IMG/VR virus record: IMGVR_UViG_3300018063_000004
Coordinates: 369 to 64,368 of that record
Length of the DNA: 64,000 nt
Origin: a virus
Lineage: Duplodnaviria > Caudoviricetes
Direction: 5' to 3' (one strand)
Shown: positions 38,606 to 48,094 of the stretch, piece by piece
How positions within the stretch are numbered: position 1 is the stretch's first letter
Layout of the letters: each line of letters opens with the position of its first letter
The notes under the pieces: generated by a model
What the model saw: the letters and a program-made list of their open reading frames with translations, nothing else
The model's database searches: none
What the model was told of the DNA's origin: nothing
Made by a program: the position numbers and the translations under genes

Positions 38606-39819
38606 CAGATCCGGAAGCGGCCCTGGCCGCCTGACGTGTGAGTTTTTCCGCCTTTCGTCTCTGGATTTGGCGCTTTCTGTTCAGGCTCCGAGGTTTTTGT
38701 TCCAGGATCCGCGGTTTTCGTCTCAGTTGCCGCTGGTTCGCTGGTCCCGGATCCGGCCGGCTTCGCGCGCTTCGCTTGTTCGGCCTGGAGCCAGTCGGCC
38801 AGCTCCGGCAGCCGGCCGCGAAATTCCTGCATCTTGACCGTGCGTTCCGCCTGTTTGAATCCGAGCGCGAGGAACAACCCATCGAGTTTCTTCACCAGCT
38901 CGGGATCGCTTGGCTCGCTCTGACCGTTGCCTTCCGGTTCGTCCTCGTCAGTCGCATCGAATGACATCCCGAGACTTTCCGCGGCCAGGATCCCGAGGTT
39001 CTGTGACTTGCCGGCGATCGCGCGTTCCTCGAGCGAGACGGCCATCTGAAGCTCGATCGAAAATGGCAACAGCTTCGAGCCGCGGCGAATCGCGGTCTTG
39101 GTCCGCATGGCGTCCGGATGCTCGATCCAGGTGCCGGTGATTTCGCCCTCCTGTGTTCGTGACTTCGTGAACTGTTTGGCCTTGTCCAGCTCTGGCCGAG
39201 CCATCACGTGAAACTGAAAGTCTCGGCCCGTCGGTGCGCCTGAATAGAACGCGATCATGTAGGCCGCGATCGTTTCCGGTTCGGCGCCGTTCTTCGTGAC
39301 CATCGGCACATAGATCCCGGTTTTCTCATCGAGTTTCATCCCCATCGCCGGCTTGTGTTTGAGGAATTGCCCGGATCCGTATTCGTAATCAAAGAGGTCG
39401 CCTTCCTTCACGACGCGCGCATCGAATGCTTTGATCTCCTTCGATCGCCGCGCAAGCATCATCAGCCCGCGATAGCCCGGGATCAGATTGCACTCCATTC
39501 GATTGTTTTTGGTATTCCAGAACGGCACGAGATAGGCCTGGCCCGTGATGTTGTCGGGCTCGAGACCGAGCTGCGCGCTCTGCATGATGGCGCCGACGAC
39601 CGTGACCGGGTGACAGGTCAAGAGTTTCGGCACGCGCTGCACGGTGGTGACGGCCACGCGGATCATGCGGTCCGCCGTGATGAATTTCGGCAGCGCCGCT
39701 TCGAGCTGCTTTTGCATTTTCTGGAGCATGTCTTTGAGGGTGACGAGATTCTGCTGTTGCGCCGCGGCGCGCGCGTCCTGACCGCCCCGCGGGCGTTCTT
39801 GCTGTTGTGGTTGAGCCAT
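38605..39819 (-). CDS. recT: RecT single-strand annealing protein
   Basis: AQLGLEPD..GQAYLVPF, GYRGL..LARRS, M..KTAIRR..K.LP.SIE. Confidence 0.95.
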   Translation of the reverse strand: MAQPQQQERPRGGQDARAAAQQQNLVTLKDMLQKMQKQLEAALPKFITADRMIRVAVTTVQRVPKLLTCHPVTVVGAIMQSAQLGLEPDNITGQAYLVPFWNTKNNRMECNLIPGYRGLMMLARRSKEIKAFDARVVKEGDLFDYEYGSGQFLKHKPAMGMKLDEKTGIYVPMVTKNGAEPETIAAYMIAFYSGAPTGRDFQFHVMARPELDKAKQFTKSRTQEGEITGTWIEHPDAMRTKTAIRRGSKLLPFSIELQMAVSLEERAIAGKSQNLGILAAESLGMSFDATDEDEPEGNGQSEPSDPELVKKLDGLFLALGFKQAERTVKMQEFRGRLPELADWLQAEQAKRAKPAGSGTSEPAATETKTADPGTKTSEPEQKAPNPETKGGKTHTSGGQGRFRI

Positions 39820-39915
39820 CGCTGATCCTTTCGGATGTTTACGCCGCTCGTTCGATGTCCTTGACGACTGCCTGGTCCTCGGCGAGCGCGCCGCCGCCGC
39901 GCAACGTCAGCGTGA

Positions 39916-40236
39916 TCACGTGGGCTTCGTCCAGGTAGCTGCCGGCGTGCTTGATAAGGAGGCGAGATTCAATTTACGCTCCCCGTCCTGAGCGCCTGGC
40001 GCCTGCGGGACGTGTCTCTTCGCCAGCTCGAGGGCCCGATCGAGATCGTCCTGGTGGAACCGAAGCTGCCGCCCGCCGCGGAGGCGGTAGGGAATGATCC
40101 CCATCCGGGGATAGGCGAGGTAGAACGCGTGGAGTGTGCCGTTCCCGGACTCGAACCGGAGGTAGGCCGCGGCTTCCTCTGCCGTGAACCACGGCGATTG
40201 GATGGCCTTGCCGCTGACGGTGGCGACGGCCCTCAC
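39916..40236 (-). CDS. Excisionase-like HTH
   Basis: WFTAEEAAAYLR..LRF..DDLD. Confidence 0.75.
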   Translation of the reverse strand: MRAVATVSGKAIQSPWFTAEEAAAYLRFESGNGTLHAFYLAYPRMGIIPYRLRGGRQLRFHQDDLDRALELAKRHVPQAPGAQDGERKLNLASLSSTPAATWTKPT

Positions 40237-40529
40237 CGTGCGGCCCCCGATGATCGCGACGTTGTCTTGGGTTCTTGATCGCGGACTGTTCGCGCGCGGC
40301 CCTGCGGCAATCGGCTAGCCTCACGCTGATGGGCGAGAAAGCGACGGATGCGATGCAGGCCAATTTCGTGGTGGAAGTTCTTGTTTCGGATGGCGGTGTG
40401 AAGCGTCCGCATCGGGACCGGAAAGCCGGCGGCCGCCATCTCAGCCGCCAATCGTCGGAACGTCAGGCCGCGATCGAGCCGATACGTTGCGAGTTCCTGC
40501 AGCTCGGGGAGTGGAAGTTCTGGCAACAT
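40233..40529 (-). CDS. Cro-like HTH regulator
   Basis: YRLDRGLTFRRLAAEM; divergent from repressor. Confidence 0.7.
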   Translation of the reverse strand: MLPELPLPELQELATYRLDRGLTFRRLAAEMAAAGFPVPMRTLHTAIRNKNFHHEIGLHRIRRFLAHQREASRLPQGRARTVRDQEPKTTSRSSGAAR

Positions 40530-40556
40530 TGAGAAACCACCTGTTCAGCAAGTGAT

Positions 40557-40602
40557 TAGCCTTGCCGCACGGATAGTGCCATGGCATCGGCCAGCACGTC
40601 AA
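40557..40602 (-). promoter_or_regulatory. Lytic promoter with operator
   Basis: TTGACG-N18-CACTAT (TG extension) directly followed by operator CCTTG-CCG-CACGG (40560-40572 on +). Confidence 0.6.
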
Positions 40603-40727
40603 GCGCCCCCTACACTAGCGGCACAGACACGCGTGGCATTACAAGATGGCGGCCCGGGTGTGGAGCCGCCGCCGGCCTGATTGTGGGAACACCTGAGCGG
40701 AAGGAAGACGCTCAGCCGGGACACGCG

Positions 40728-41117
40728 ATGAACCGAACCACACACACGGAACTGATCCAGCTCCTCAAGGCGGAGATCGACAAGCGCGGCAGCGCGCGCG
40801 CCCTGGCCAAACTGATCGGCCTGACCGAAGGCCGACTCGGGCGCGCGCTGCGCGGCGAATTTTCCTTGAGCGTGGAGAAATGTCTGCGGGTCTCGAAGAT
40901 CGCGGGGGAGCCGCCCTCGCGCGTGCTCCGGGCGGCCGGCAAGGGCGGGATTGCCGACCTGATCGAGGACCTCTATGCCGTCGGCGACGATCTGATCAGC
41001 CCGTCGGAGCGCGATCTGCTCGCGCGGTTCCGCGTGCTCGGCCCGAAGGCGCAGCGCACGTTGCGTGATCTCCTTGACGAACTGCCGGACACCGGCTCAC
41101 GTCAGAAGCGCGCGTAA
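40728..41117 (+). CDS. CI-like repressor (HTH plus short helical C-terminal domain, no S24 peptidase)
   Basis: SARALAKLIGLTEGRLGRALRG; C-terminal ERDLLARFRVLGPKAQRTLRDLLDEL. Confidence 0.8.
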   Translation: MNRTTHTELIQLLKAEIDKRGSARALAKLIGLTEGRLGRALRGEFSLSVEKCLRVSKIAGEPPSRVLRAAGKGGIADLIEDLYAVGDDLISPSERDLLARFRVLGPKAQRTLRDLLDELPDTGSRQKRA

Positions 41118-41375
41118 CACGATGACGATCGATGAGGCGAGTTGCGAGATGAGGGAGCGCACGATCCGCTTCACGCGGGGAGAGAGTCGCGCGAAGTCTC
41201 GAAGGGTGTCTCGATCCTCGCGCGTGGCGACGCCAGTATTCTGGCTCGATTTGAACGGCACGATCGTCAGAGGCGCGCGGCGTCGCTGAGAGCGATCGGG
41301 TTCGACGTTCACGGGCGCGGCAATAAGGCCCATAGACAGATTCTCGGCGCCGGGGGCTCGCATATGTATACTCAA
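41097..41375 (-). CDS. Small protein resembling repressor C-terminal domain
   Basis: DRDTLRDFARLSPRVKRIVRSLISQL; upstream TTGAAA-N18-TATACA; start uncertain (perhaps 41333). Confidence 0.55.
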   Translation of the reverse strand: MSIHMRAPGAENLSMGLIAAPVNVEPDRSQRRRAPLTIVPFKSSQNTGVATREDRDTLRDFARLSPRVKRIVRSLISQLASSIVIVLRALLT

Positions 41376-41465
41376 GACAAGCCCGGCTTTTCAACCCACG
41401 GTTCTGTAATCCGATTGTCGATCTTCGTGAACCACGTTCACACTCGTGTAAGATTCTCTCTGGCA

Positions 41466-41500
41466 GCGCGCGGAGGACCCGCGCCCGTATGGGCGTTTTT
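41466..41500 (+). promoter_or_regulatory. Attenuator-like copy at the integrase start
   Basis: GCGCGG-AGGAC-CCGCGC hairpin overlapping GCGCCC-GTAT-GGGCGT-TTTT. Confidence 0.6.
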
Positions 41501-42592
41501 ACTCGCCACGATTCGCCGTTCTACTGGATCTGGCTCGAGCGGCCTGGCCGCAAGGGCAAATCCGAAAGCACGAAAGTGCCGATCGGCGCGCCCACGCCAG
41601 GCCAGCGTCGCGATCAGCGGTTCCTCGCCGCGCAAATCTATCGCGCGCGCATGACGGACCTCGCGCGGCAACGCCATCGGATCCAGGCCGGCGAGCGCGT
41701 GACGATCGGCTTTACCGCCTACGCCGAGTGGTATCAGGCACACTTTACGGTCCACAAGCGCACGGCCGCGCGCGAACGGTCCGCGATCAAGAACCTCATC
41801 GCGCACTTTAAGCCCTACGATCTCGACGAGATCGATAAGGGGACCGTCATCGAATGGCGCACCTTCCGGAAGCGCCACGTCAAGGCCTCGACGGTCAACC
41901 GTGAGCTGGACGTGCTGAAGCACATGCTCAAGGAGGCCGTCCCGACCTATCTCGACCACTCGCCGATCGCCGGCCTCAATCGACTACGCTCCGCGAAGGC
42001 CGCGATCCGCATTTTCACGACCGAGGAGGAAGTGCGATTTTTCGCCGCGACGAAGGACCTCGAGGAAGCGGCGATCATGTTGATTGCGCGGGACACGCTC
42101 ATGCGGTTGTCAGACGTGAAGAGTCTGCAATGGGCGAACTGCCGCGGCGACTACATCATGGTCATCGATCCAAAAATCGAGGCCTATACCGCGCCGGTCT
42201 CGCCACGGCTGCGCGAAGTCCTCGAGGCGCTCCCGCGGCGCGGCCGGTTCCTCTTCCCGAGCCGGCAGTCCGGCCCCGGCTCGCTGTCGGCGAACACCGT
42301 CCATCGGTTGTTTGTGGAGATTTGTCAGCGGGCAGAGATCCCGCAAGGACGGAAACGCAATGGCGTGACGTTTCATTCGCTCCGCCACACGGGGACGACG
42401 CGCGCGCTCGAGCGCGCGGTGCCCGTCCGCGGCGTGCAAGCGGCCGGCGGCTGGCAGAGCATCAAACAGCTCGAGCGATACGGTCACGTGACTGATGAGA
42501 ACGTGCGCCTGTTTCGTGAGCGCATCGGCCAGGGCGACGATCTGACGCAGATTCTGCGCGATCGGATTGACGGCAAGACCTCGATTCACTGA
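41489..42592 (+). CDS. int: Tyrosine integrase
   Basis: STVNREL, TLMRLSD (R), PK, HSLRH, GW, ERY catalytic set. Confidence 0.95.
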   Translation: MGVFTRHDSPFYWIWLERPGRKGKSESTKVPIGAPTPGQRRDQRFLAAQIYRARMTDLARQRHRIQAGERVTIGFTAYAEWYQAHFTVHKRTAARERSAIKNLIAHFKPYDLDEIDKGTVIEWRTFRKRHVKASTVNRELDVLKHMLKEAVPTYLDHSPIAGLNRLRSAKAAIRIFTTEEEVRFFAATKDLEEAAIMLIARDTLMRLSDVKSLQWANCRGDYIMVIDPKIEAYTAPVSPRLREVLEALPRRGRFLFPSRQSGPGSLSANTVHRLFVEICQRAEIPQGRKRNGVTFHSLRHTGTTRALERAVPVRGVQAAGGWQSIKQLERYGHVTDENVRLFRERIGQGDDLTQILRDRIDGKTSIH

Positions 42593-42890
42593 GCGCGGCG
42601 CTGCGGCCTACGTCCCACCTACGCGGTCCGTCGCCCGTGGCGAAAAGGCCAGAAAACCCACTCGATTTCTGTGGTTGATTGTGCGTTGGGGACGCCAGCC
42701 TTCCCCCGTCGCTCACCTACGGATTGTCCGAACGAATCCGCGCGATCGTCAATAGAATCTCTGGGAAACTCGGCGATCGCGAGTGCTCGGGAGTGTGGGC
42801 GTTCTTCTCAGGAGTTCTCTGGAGTCGCCTACGCCGCGCCTACGCCGGAATGATTATGGGTTGTGATTATTATTATTAATGCGCCGCTCG
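42593..42890. mobile_element. Probable attP region
   Basis: Non-coding, downstream of int; CCTACG at 42607, 42618, 42716, 42828, 42839; AT-rich patch 42850-42880. Confidence 0.6.
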
Positions 42891-42969
42891 ATTTGGCCGA
42901 CCTTGCGTAGTCGGCCGCTCCGGTGCCACCGGAGACGCCTCGCAGGCCCAGAGGCGGGCGTGGCGAAGA

Positions 42970-43272
42970 TCAGACGTGCCCGTGCGAGGGCAGCACCCGG
43001 ACCAATTGCGGGCGCTCACCTTCTGCACGCGGAGCGGGCACGACAATCAACTGATACCGCTGCGGGCTCGGACCTCGATAGCGCAACGCACGAGCGCCAG
43101 CGGTGTTGATTGGGACGGGCTGGCGGCCGCTCGCGATCGTCGTCTCCGCCATCGCGATCAGCGCCTCGCTCGCGCGATCGAAAATCGGTCCCTGGGTCAC
43201 GTCGGGCTGGCCCGTCAGCGCCAAGTAGTCGCGGACGGCACGCACCGAGATATACCAGGGACCGCGCATCAT
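42970..43272 (-). CDS. Hypothetical protein (possibly RNase/toxin-like fold)
   Basis: WYISVRAVRDY..LRYRG..YQLIV..QLVRV. Confidence 0.45.
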   Translation of the reverse strand: MMRGPWYISVRAVRDYLALTGQPDVTQGPIFDRASEALIAMAETTIASGRQPVPINTAGARALRYRGPSPQRYQLIVVPAPRAEGERPQLVRVLPSHGHV

Positions 43273-43423
43273 GATAGGCTCGTCCTTGCTCCGCGCGCCA
43301 TTTCCGAGGCGTGATCGGGCCGCGCGCCTCGGCCCCATTAAAGCGCTGTGTTTGCCCGTTTCAAGCTTTCTCGTCGCACGTGATTTCCGGGGCACCGATC
43401 GTCAGGTGCCCCGGCCCTATTCC

Positions 43424-44462
43424 TCACACCCAATATTCCCCGCACGTCGGACACTGCACGTCGCGCTGAGGGTCGTCTGTCTGCCAGCGGTGCCCATTGT
43501 CGCACTCGCATATCTCTAGGAGCTGGGCTGGCGTCTCGCTTCGCTTCGGCGCAGACCGCACGAGCAGGACACGGTCGGCGTGCCGCCGCATGTAGGTGAC
43601 GGTCGAGTCCCCGATGTCGGCCGGCACGAAGGTCAGCTCCGCGTGCTGCATCGGGTGCATCGAGCCCGGCTCATCGTAGCGGACATACCCATCCCTCAGC
43701 CTGCCTCGCGCGTCGACGCTGATACACACGAGGCCGTGGCAGTGATCGACCCACGCCTGAGCGGCATCAGGGAGGATTCTTGTCTCGGTGGCATGTATGT
43801 AAGGATTTGCGAGGTCGAGACCATCATGAGCCAGCGCCTCCAGGATGCGCCACATATCGGTCGTCTCAATCCGGGAGCGCCGTCCTACGATGCGACGCAC
43901 GGTGTCGAGTGTGCTTGTCCGATTTCTCATTTGATCCTCCTGTCGGCTGGCGGGCCGACTCAATAACCCATCTCCGCTTCCCCGCGCTCGTCACGGTAGC
44001 ACGGACAGCGGATAGTCGGCGCCCTCATCGATCCCAATCACCTTCCGGTGCTCCGTTCAGCGCGTCGTAGCGGCGTGCCCATCGCTCGCGTGCTTGCTGC
44101 CCGCGCCGGCTCTCTGTCCATTCCACCGCTGGCCGGCATTCCTGCGGCCCGAGGTCAAGTGCTAGTTCGCCCCTGAGTGGCCGCCCGGCCGCGTGTGCAG
44201 CTTGGCGCGCCTTTCGCCGTTCGCCCTTCGTCATCATCATCACTTAGCTCCTCGAGAGCGCCCATGCGGTCATGTTGATTTCGATCGCGAAGTCACAGGA
44301 CGAACAGAGTGCCGCCGGCGCCCGTCTCGAGTGCCGCGGTAGTTCGGCGCCGATCACGTGAGAGCTAGAGCCGGCAGCGTAGGTCTCGGACACTTTGCAG
44401 CGCGTGACGACCTCGAGCCGGCCTCCACACTTCGGACACGGGAACGGCGCCGCCGTCGTCAC
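43424..44462 (-). other. Early hypothetical genes (43424-43930, 44025-44243, 44244-44462)
   Basis: RBSs; Zn-ribbon CxxC motifs. Confidence 0.55.
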
Positions 44463-44779
44463 TTGGCCTCCGCCGATCGCTCGAATGCGAGATACGCCTC
44501 GAGGATCAGATCGCGGATCCGTTCTTGCGCCGCGACGTCCACGATCGGGCGGAGGAGCGCGAATGATCGCCGCTCGCCATTGACCGAATACTGGCGCGCT
44601 GGAAAGGTGACGTTGCGACTGCTGCCGCGGCGCTCCCAAACGGCGAAGCCGATCAGCTTGAGGCCGGCAAGGGCGGAGCGCGCGATGTCGAGTGAGTCCT
44701 CTTCGAAGTGCAGCTCCACATCGGCGAGTTTGCCGGGCGGATTGCCGCGATCGTTCGGCGTGATCTTGATGGTCATCAT
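44459..44779 (-). CDS. SpoVG-like nucleic-acid-binding protein
   Basis: KLADVELHF..GLKLIGFAVWERR..NVTFPARQY..IRDLILEAY; GGAGG RBS. Confidence 0.7.
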   Translation of the reverse strand: MMTIKITPNDRGNPPGKLADVELHFEEDSLDIARSALAGLKLIGFAVWERRGSSRNVTFPARQYSVNGERRSFALLRPIVDVAAQERIRDLILEAYLAFERSAEAK

Positions 44780-44805
44780 GCTGTCCTCCTTTTTTCTGAT
44801 CTGGT

Positions 44806-45057
44806 TCACTGGCCGGCGCCTTTTACCTGGATGCCGCGGTCTTGGCCGTTGACGACGAGGCGGTAAGAGGTTCCGTCAACGTAGGGCATAAGCGCGCGCC
44901 AGAGCGCGGACTTCTGCGGTCCGCAGACGTTTGATCCGAAGCCGCCGCCTTGCGGGTTCGTCACGAACCAATACCAAGTCGCGCGCTCCTTTCGTAGACT
45001 CACAACCGGCACACCCGCGTCATTCGCGATCCGTTCTGTTTCTCTTGATGTCATCAT
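44806..45057 (-). CDS. Hypothetical early protein
   Basis: Begins at the duplicated promoter block. Confidence 0.55.
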   Translation of the reverse strand: MMTSRETERIANDAGVPVVSLRKERATWYWFVTNPQGGGFGSNVCGPQKSALWRALMPYVDGTSYRLVVNGQDRGIQVKGAGQ

Positions 45058-45188
45058 GCCTAACCTTGCTGCAAGGCACAGTCCAGGCCTGCCGAACGCC
45101 GATTGCGGCCGAAATAGAGGCCATTCGCAAGGCAATCGCCTACTTGGCGTGTGCAGAAATCGGTCGAGGAATCACGAACTCGGCATCG
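45050..45188. repeat. About 140-bp duplicated promoter/operator block, copy 1
   Basis: Aligns with 47798-47936; contains CCTTG-CTG-CAAGG (45064-45076) and GGCGTGTGCAGAAATCGGTCG. Confidence 0.85.
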
Positions 45189-45193
45189 CGGAT

Positions 45194-45760
45194 TTATTCG
45201 CCCGCCCGGTCCTTATCGCGCAGCCGGCGCTCCACATGTTCGGCCTGTCTGAGATCGCCGCCGGCAATCTGAAACCGGCAATGATCACAGAGCCCGTCGT
45301 CGCCCGTTGCCAGATTCGAGCAGGAATCCGAGGCGTTCCGACAGACGCGATGGCCACACGTCGGACAATTCATCGTGGGCGAACCATCCATAAACACGCG
45401 CCGCGAATCGAGGCAGTTCAAACAGTCGATGTGCAGCGTCGTCCGGATTGCATCCAGTGACAGGCGGAGCTGCTCGGGATCGAGCGTCCAGGGTGCGTCA
45501 CCAGGAAGATGCGCAAGGACATCGAACTTGAACGCCTGATAGACGGCCGCCGGCGGATCGAAGCCGAGGAAATCCGCCAGGAGCGAGCGCGCCAGGTCCG
45601 CGGGCCCACTCCCGCCGTAGCCCCAATTGAAACCCGTCGGGGAATGCCGCACGAGATGTTTCAACGGCCGCTCGACGCCGGCGATCGATGTCCGACAGAC
45701 AAGCGCCGTGCCATCTTGTGCCCGTTCGCCGCGGTAATGCTTCGCTGCATAGATTGTCAC
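45194..45760 (-). CDS. DUF6166-like protein with Cys-rich tail
   Basis: HSPTGFNWGYGGSGPADLARSLLAD. Confidence 0.7.
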   Translation of the reverse strand: MTIYAAKHYRGERAQDGTALVCRTSIAGVERPLKHLVRHSPTGFNWGYGGSGPADLARSLLADFLGFDPPAAVYQAFKFDVLAHLPGDAPWTLDPEQLRLSLDAIRTTLHIDCLNCLDSRRVFMDGSPTMNCPTCGHRVCRNASDSCSNLATGDDGLCDHCRFQIAGGDLRQAEHVERRLRDKDRAGE

Positions 45761-45852
45761 TGGTCCTCCTTCGCGCCTGGAGAGTGTCGGCCTCGCCGGC
45801 GCCGGTTCTTGCCGCGACGCGCGGCGCGCTGGTGGATCCGGAGCCCACACGA

Positions 45853-47775
45853 TCACAGTTCAAACGGGAGCGCGATCGACCGTTGCTTTGGTCGGCGCTT
45901 CCGCTCCTGCGTGTGCAGTTTCCGGTCGGTAATTTTGTGCGGGTCATCGTCCGGGAGCTGCTCGAACAGCTCGCGCGGCGCGTCGGCCGAGAGCCGTCCC
46001 TTGCCATGCAGGGCGCCGCCACAGCGACAACGGCAACGCGGATGCTCTGCGTTCTCGCAACGGCGCGCCTGTCCCTCAGTCAATCGTTTCATCGTGCTCT
46101 CTCAGCTCACGGCGGCGCTCAGCCTGTTCTTCGTCATCATCCGGAACAAGGTCGCGCGAGTCTTCGTAAGCGTTCGCGTGCTCGGTCTCGGCCCATCCGG
46201 TATGCGGATCGGCGTAAAAGCTGAGCGCCTTCCGGAGCCGAATCACGACCGCGCGGAGTTCCGCGATCGTCGTTGTGTCATTGGCTGACATTTGCAACCT
46301 TCTTTGGCGCCTCGAGTGTCGCGAATATTTCCTCCCACGTGTCGCCGTAAGCCTTCGGCCTGGAGATCCTCAAGCCGCCCATGGCATCGGTTGTCCCGAC
46401 TTCAAAGCGCCAATAGGCAACCCGGCCAGATTTGCGGAGATGCTCGCGCGCGTCGTGATTTGTTTTGTATTCCGCCTTGATCGCCTGATAGTCGGCGTCG
46501 GCTGCCAGGACAGTCTCGCGCCGCACTTTCATGCGCTCCTCGATGTCAACCTGTGCCGCTCGTAATTCCTTCCCTTTCGTGCTGGCGGCCTCTCGATCCT
46601 CCGGCCGACTAAGCCGCTCGCCGATGCGCCAGTAAACGTTCGGCCCGATGATCTTCCGAAGTTTCTTGATCGCTTGTTCGCGCGTCATGCCGAGGCCGCC
46701 TCCTCGATCGGCTCGAATGTCGTGCCGACGCTCGGCGCCTTTCCAGGCGGACAACTAAAGCCCATCTTGCCGTGCTCATGCTTCGGCCGCCGGCAATGCC
46801 GGCAGATAGCGTCGTCGGCCGCTTCGCTCGCCCGCTGGAATCTCGTGTTCATGCGCTCGCCCTCAGTTGCTCGACGTGATCGAGTTGCCGATTGAGAAGA
46901 ACCAGGCACTCTGCACAAATCCCGTGCGACAGGTGGCCATCGCGCGGGCCTTCCGTGATCACGACGGCCGTCACGTTCCGGAGTGTCGGACAATACGCGC
47001 ACACGGTCAGCATGACTCGCCCCTCGCGCGTGCCTGGCGCGCGGCCTCGGCCTCCAGGTCCGCTGCATTGATGACAAGCTGCGGCGCCGCGGTCCATTTC
47101 AGATTGCCAAAATACGGCCATTGTGAGCCGAACTGAAAACTCGCCATGAGTTCGCCGCGCGGCTCAAAGACACGGACCGTGCCGGACTCCACGCCGGCGT
47201 CACAGAGGTCCTGACACGCCAGCCAGATCGCACTGGTTAAACTCCGCGTCTGGACAATTTCCCCATCGCCAAACATCCGCCCATCAATCGTGCGCGCGAA
47301 ATAACCGGCGCCGTGTGTCGCGCCGCCATAAAGGCAAATATCCGCAACCGGCGCCCTCTGTGTTTTGGTCCTGGCCATCGCTGTGCTCCTGGTCTCGAGT
47401 TCCGTGTTACTTGGATGCTTCGGCGCGCAACCGATCCGCCAGGTCTCGCAGCAACGTGCGCGCGAAGGCCTCGGCGGCCGGTTTGCCGGTGAACATGCCG
47501 GCGACGTCGTCGCCCTTGAGTCCGCCGCGGAATTGCAGTTCGAGCCGTTGCGCGTTCGCCTCAAAATACAGATCCTCAAGCGTGGAATAAGGCGTCGGCT
47601 TCGTCACGATCCACAGCGACGAAATCCGGAGGCCTTCCGCGATCGCCTCGAGCACGGGATCGCTGCTCTCGGGAACCGTCACGCTCACCATGCGGCCGTG
47701 GCGATTCGCCACCTTGTAACGTCGCGCGTCGACCTTCGCTGCCTTGATCCCTTGGTCGCCTGGTGTCATGGCCAT
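45853..47775 (-). other. Chain of small early genes (45853-46092, 46076-46297, 46278-46688, 46685-46852, 46849-47013, 47007-47378, 47407-47775)
   Basis: Coupled ORFs with RBSs. Confidence 0.55.
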
Positions 47776-47797
47776 CGTCTCGCTGCCTTTCCTTTGC

Positions 47798-47936
47798 GTC
47801 ATCATGGTCTATCCTTGTCGCAAGGCACGATCCAGGCCGCCGAACGGCAAGTTCCTTCGGAATACAGGGTCATTCGCAGCCCAATCGCCTCTCGGCGTGT
47901 GCAGAAATCGGTCGTTCGATAACGGAGTCGGAATCG
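47798..47936. repeat. Duplicated promoter/operator block, copy 2
   Basis: Contains CCTTG-TCG-CAAGG (47813-47825). Confidence 0.85.
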
Positions 47937-48094
47937 GCTTCCCGGGGTGTCGTCGGTTGGAGCTGTTCGAGGATCTTGAGGACTACACGTTGCGCGCGCG
48001 GGTTCAGCACCCGGAACAGTTGCAGGATCAGCGCGGGATCGATCGAGCTTGGCGCCTGGCGTTCAACCGGCCAGGGCAGGACGCGGGCGGGCAT
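47870..48094 (-). CDS. Second repressor-C-terminal-domain mimic, candidate antirepressor
   Basis: AGGAGG 7 nt before ATG; LILQLFRVLNPRAQRVVLKILEQL versus CI DLLARFRVLGPKAQRTLRDLLDEL. Confidence 0.7.
   Translation of the reverse strand: MPARVLPWPVERQAPSSIDPALILQLFRVLNPRAQRVVLKILEQLQPTTPREADSDSVIERPISAHAERRLGCE

Noticed and set aside
41427-41441. LexA SOS box
   Set aside because: GAAC-N3-GTTC does not fit the GAAC-N4-GTTC box; kept only as an unassigned palindrome
42683-42695. GCG-TTGGGGA-CGC as tRNA-Pro anticodon-loop att core
   Set aside because: No adjoining tRNA 5' or 3' half
42850-42882. AT-rich stretch as a dif/Xer site
   Set aside because: Only a partial XerD-like arm, no XerC arm; the phage has its own integrase
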